From contig NC_134036.1 in the NCBI RefSeq assembly GCF_964204645.1, positions 11,077,859 to 11,141,858 of the forward strand: 64,000 nt of DNA. Reading direction: 5' to 3'. The stretch comes from Tubulanus polymorphus (Eukaryota; Animalia; Nemertea). The position numbers and the translations under genes were made by a program. The notes beneath the pieces were generated by a model. It saw only the letters and a program-made list of their open reading frames with translations. It searched no databases and was not told the origin of the DNA. Within the stretch, counting starts at the first letter, position 1. The number at the start of each line of letters is the position of its first letter. Positions 62,371 through 64,000 of this stretch are shown in pieces.

Positions 62371-64000
62371 TTATATATATATATATAATAAGTTTATTTC
62401 TTCACTAAAGAGATACAATACAGAAATACAGTCATCACTATTACATAAAAGAAAAGTTACAGAAAGTACTTCTACACTGTAAAGCGTAGTAAAGAAAAAG
62501 GACAAAAAGGGACCCCAAAGGGGGGTATATGAAAAAAAGCCTAATGCCCTGGCGGAATGGATGGACATGATGTTAAACACAAGTATGATAAGTATTAATA
62601 CAATCCTATTATATGTCTTTTCAAATTCCGCTTGAATATATCGATGTTGGATGCTTGCTGAAGTTCAGTTGGAAGAGAATTCCAGACTCTAATACAATTA
62701 ATGTTAGGAGAAAACATCCTGATATTGGTTCTGTAATAAGGTAAACGAAATTGATTAGAGTTACGGGTGTTGTGGGAATGAAGATCAGAAATACGAATTA
62801 AACTATTGGACAATTTGACAGGCAGCAACACATGGACAGATTTATACATCAGTACAGAATTTTGGAACACATTGATGTCTTGAAGTTTGAGTTGATACGA
62901 CTTTTTGAACAGTGGAGTAGTGTGTTCTAGAAAATTTACCCCACTAGCAATGCGAATAGCGCGTTTTTGAAGCAAAATAAGGGGTCGTAACCTAGTTACA
63001 TAATTAGATGCCCAGACGATATTACAGTACTGTAGATACGGAAGGATGAAACCGTTGAATAACTTGATGAGCGCGGATCTAGGAAAAATACGTCGTGCTT
63101 TTCTTAATACACCAATATTTCTGCTAACAATAGAGCACAGCTTGTTTATGTGGGAGTTCCATGTTAGGCTGTCGTCAATTATTACACCAAGGAATTTTGT
63201 TTCTCTGTTTCTAGTTATTGAAACATTACCCATTACAAGGTCGATATCATCAAGAATATTGATCTTTTTATGGAAAAGCATATAATTCGTTTTCAACAGA
63301 TTAGCAGATAGCCTATTGGAGTTTAGCCAGTTAAACAGTTTAGTGAGCTCAACATTAGTATTTGATTGCAGTATATTCAGATCGGAATGAGAGTTAATGG
63401 CAGTCGTATCGTCAGCAAATAGTAAAAAGTTTAAATTACAAGAATAAACGATGTCATTAACAAACAAAATGAATAACAAGGGCCCTAAGATGGAACCCTG
63501 AGGTACCCCTATAGGAATGGGACTGACATCAGATAAATAGTTCTTGAACGACACTTGCTGTAAGCGGTTAGTGAGGTAGGATTTGAACCATGAATGAGCA
63601 ACCCCTCGAATTCCGTAACTATACAACTTGTCTAATAATATAGAATGATCAATAGTGTCAAATGCTTTTTTTAAATCAAGCATGATACTAACAGTAAATT
63701 TTCCATTATCTAGATTCTCAGTGATGTTATTAGTAAATGCGATTAAAGCATGTGACGTGGAGAGACCTTTTCGAAAACCGAATTGGTTACATGAGAGAAT
63801 ATTGTGTTTATCAATAAAAGAAGATAACCTGTTGCTAACAGCTTTTTCAAAAAGTTTTGAAAATGCTGGTAAAAGTGAAATGGGGCGGTAATTGGACACA
63901 TTATTTATAACACCGGATTTATAAACAGGGACTACCCTAGCCATTTTGATACCCGATGGGACAATACCAGTAACAAATGAATTGTTAATTACATGCATTA
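62371..64000 (-). mobile_element. Young non-LTR retrotransposon with 3' UTR, AATAAA and (TA)n tail
   Basis: Intact RT ORF; the minus strand ends in AAATAAACTTATTATATATATA at about 62400-62371. Confidence 0.9.
62595..63998 (-). CDS. LINE ORF2 reverse transcriptase (CR1/L2 group), continues beyond the window
   Basis: NYRPISLL, QFGFR, LDLKKAFDTIDH, GVPQGSILGPLLF, LFADD and KFLGVIID motifs; uninterrupted frame. Confidence 0.97.
   Translation of the reverse strand: MHVINNSFVTGIVPSGIKMARVVPVYKSGVINNVSNYRPISLLPAFSKLFEKAVSNRLSSFIDKHNILSCNQFGFRKGLSTSHALIAFTNNITENLDNGKFTVSIMLDLKKAFDTIDHSILLDKLYSYGIRGVAHSWFKSYLTNRLQQVSFKNYLSDVSPIPIGVPQGSILGPLLFILFVNDIVYSCNLNFLLFADDTTAINSHSDLNILQSNTNVELTKLFNWLNSNRLSANLLKTNYMLFHKKINILDDIDLVMGNVSITRNRETKFLGVIIDDSLTWNSHINKLCSIVSRNIGVLRKARRIFPRSALIKLFNGFILPYLQYCNIVWASNYVTRLRPLILLQKRAIRIASGVNFLEHTTPLFKKSYQLKLQDINVFQNSVLMYKSVHVLLPVKLSNSLIRISDLHSHNTRNSNQFRLPYYRTNIRMFSPNINCIRVWNSLPTELQQASNIDIFKRNLKRHIIGLY

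Overview
AT-rich, intron- and repeat-rich animal DNA, probably from an invertebrate (inferred from the GPCR type and repeat families). The central finding does not appear as a unit in the ORF track. Manual splicing gives an intact minus-strand gene model of about 19 exons (ATG 52663 to TAG 25208, 2757 nt, about 918 aa). It joins a SETD8/PR-Set7-like SET domain, duplicated linker exons, two zinc fingers, a complete tyrosine-recombinase (YR) core-binding plus catalytic domain (R, K, R, H, Y all present) and a Myb/SANT-like tail. The SET-to-YR join is the least certain part. About 10 nt after the stop codon begins a 6-kb array of about 28 units of 213-218 bp. Each unit has a near-invariant 100-bp nested-palindrome block with a dif/lox-like core and one of three interchangeable spacer types. 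Two introns carry tandem tRNA-like units with an 11-bp extended anticodon stem. A second, different YR gene runs divergently from about 56.4 kb and stops early at 59240, and a decayed YR relative lies at 5.7-6.3 kb. The window also holds an intronless class A GPCR, a young and an old CR1/L2-type LINE, Gypsy and Polinton/adintovirus-like remnants, a hammerhead-like inverted pair, a 63-bp minisatellite and many MITEs. All homology calls come from motif recognition; no database search was run.
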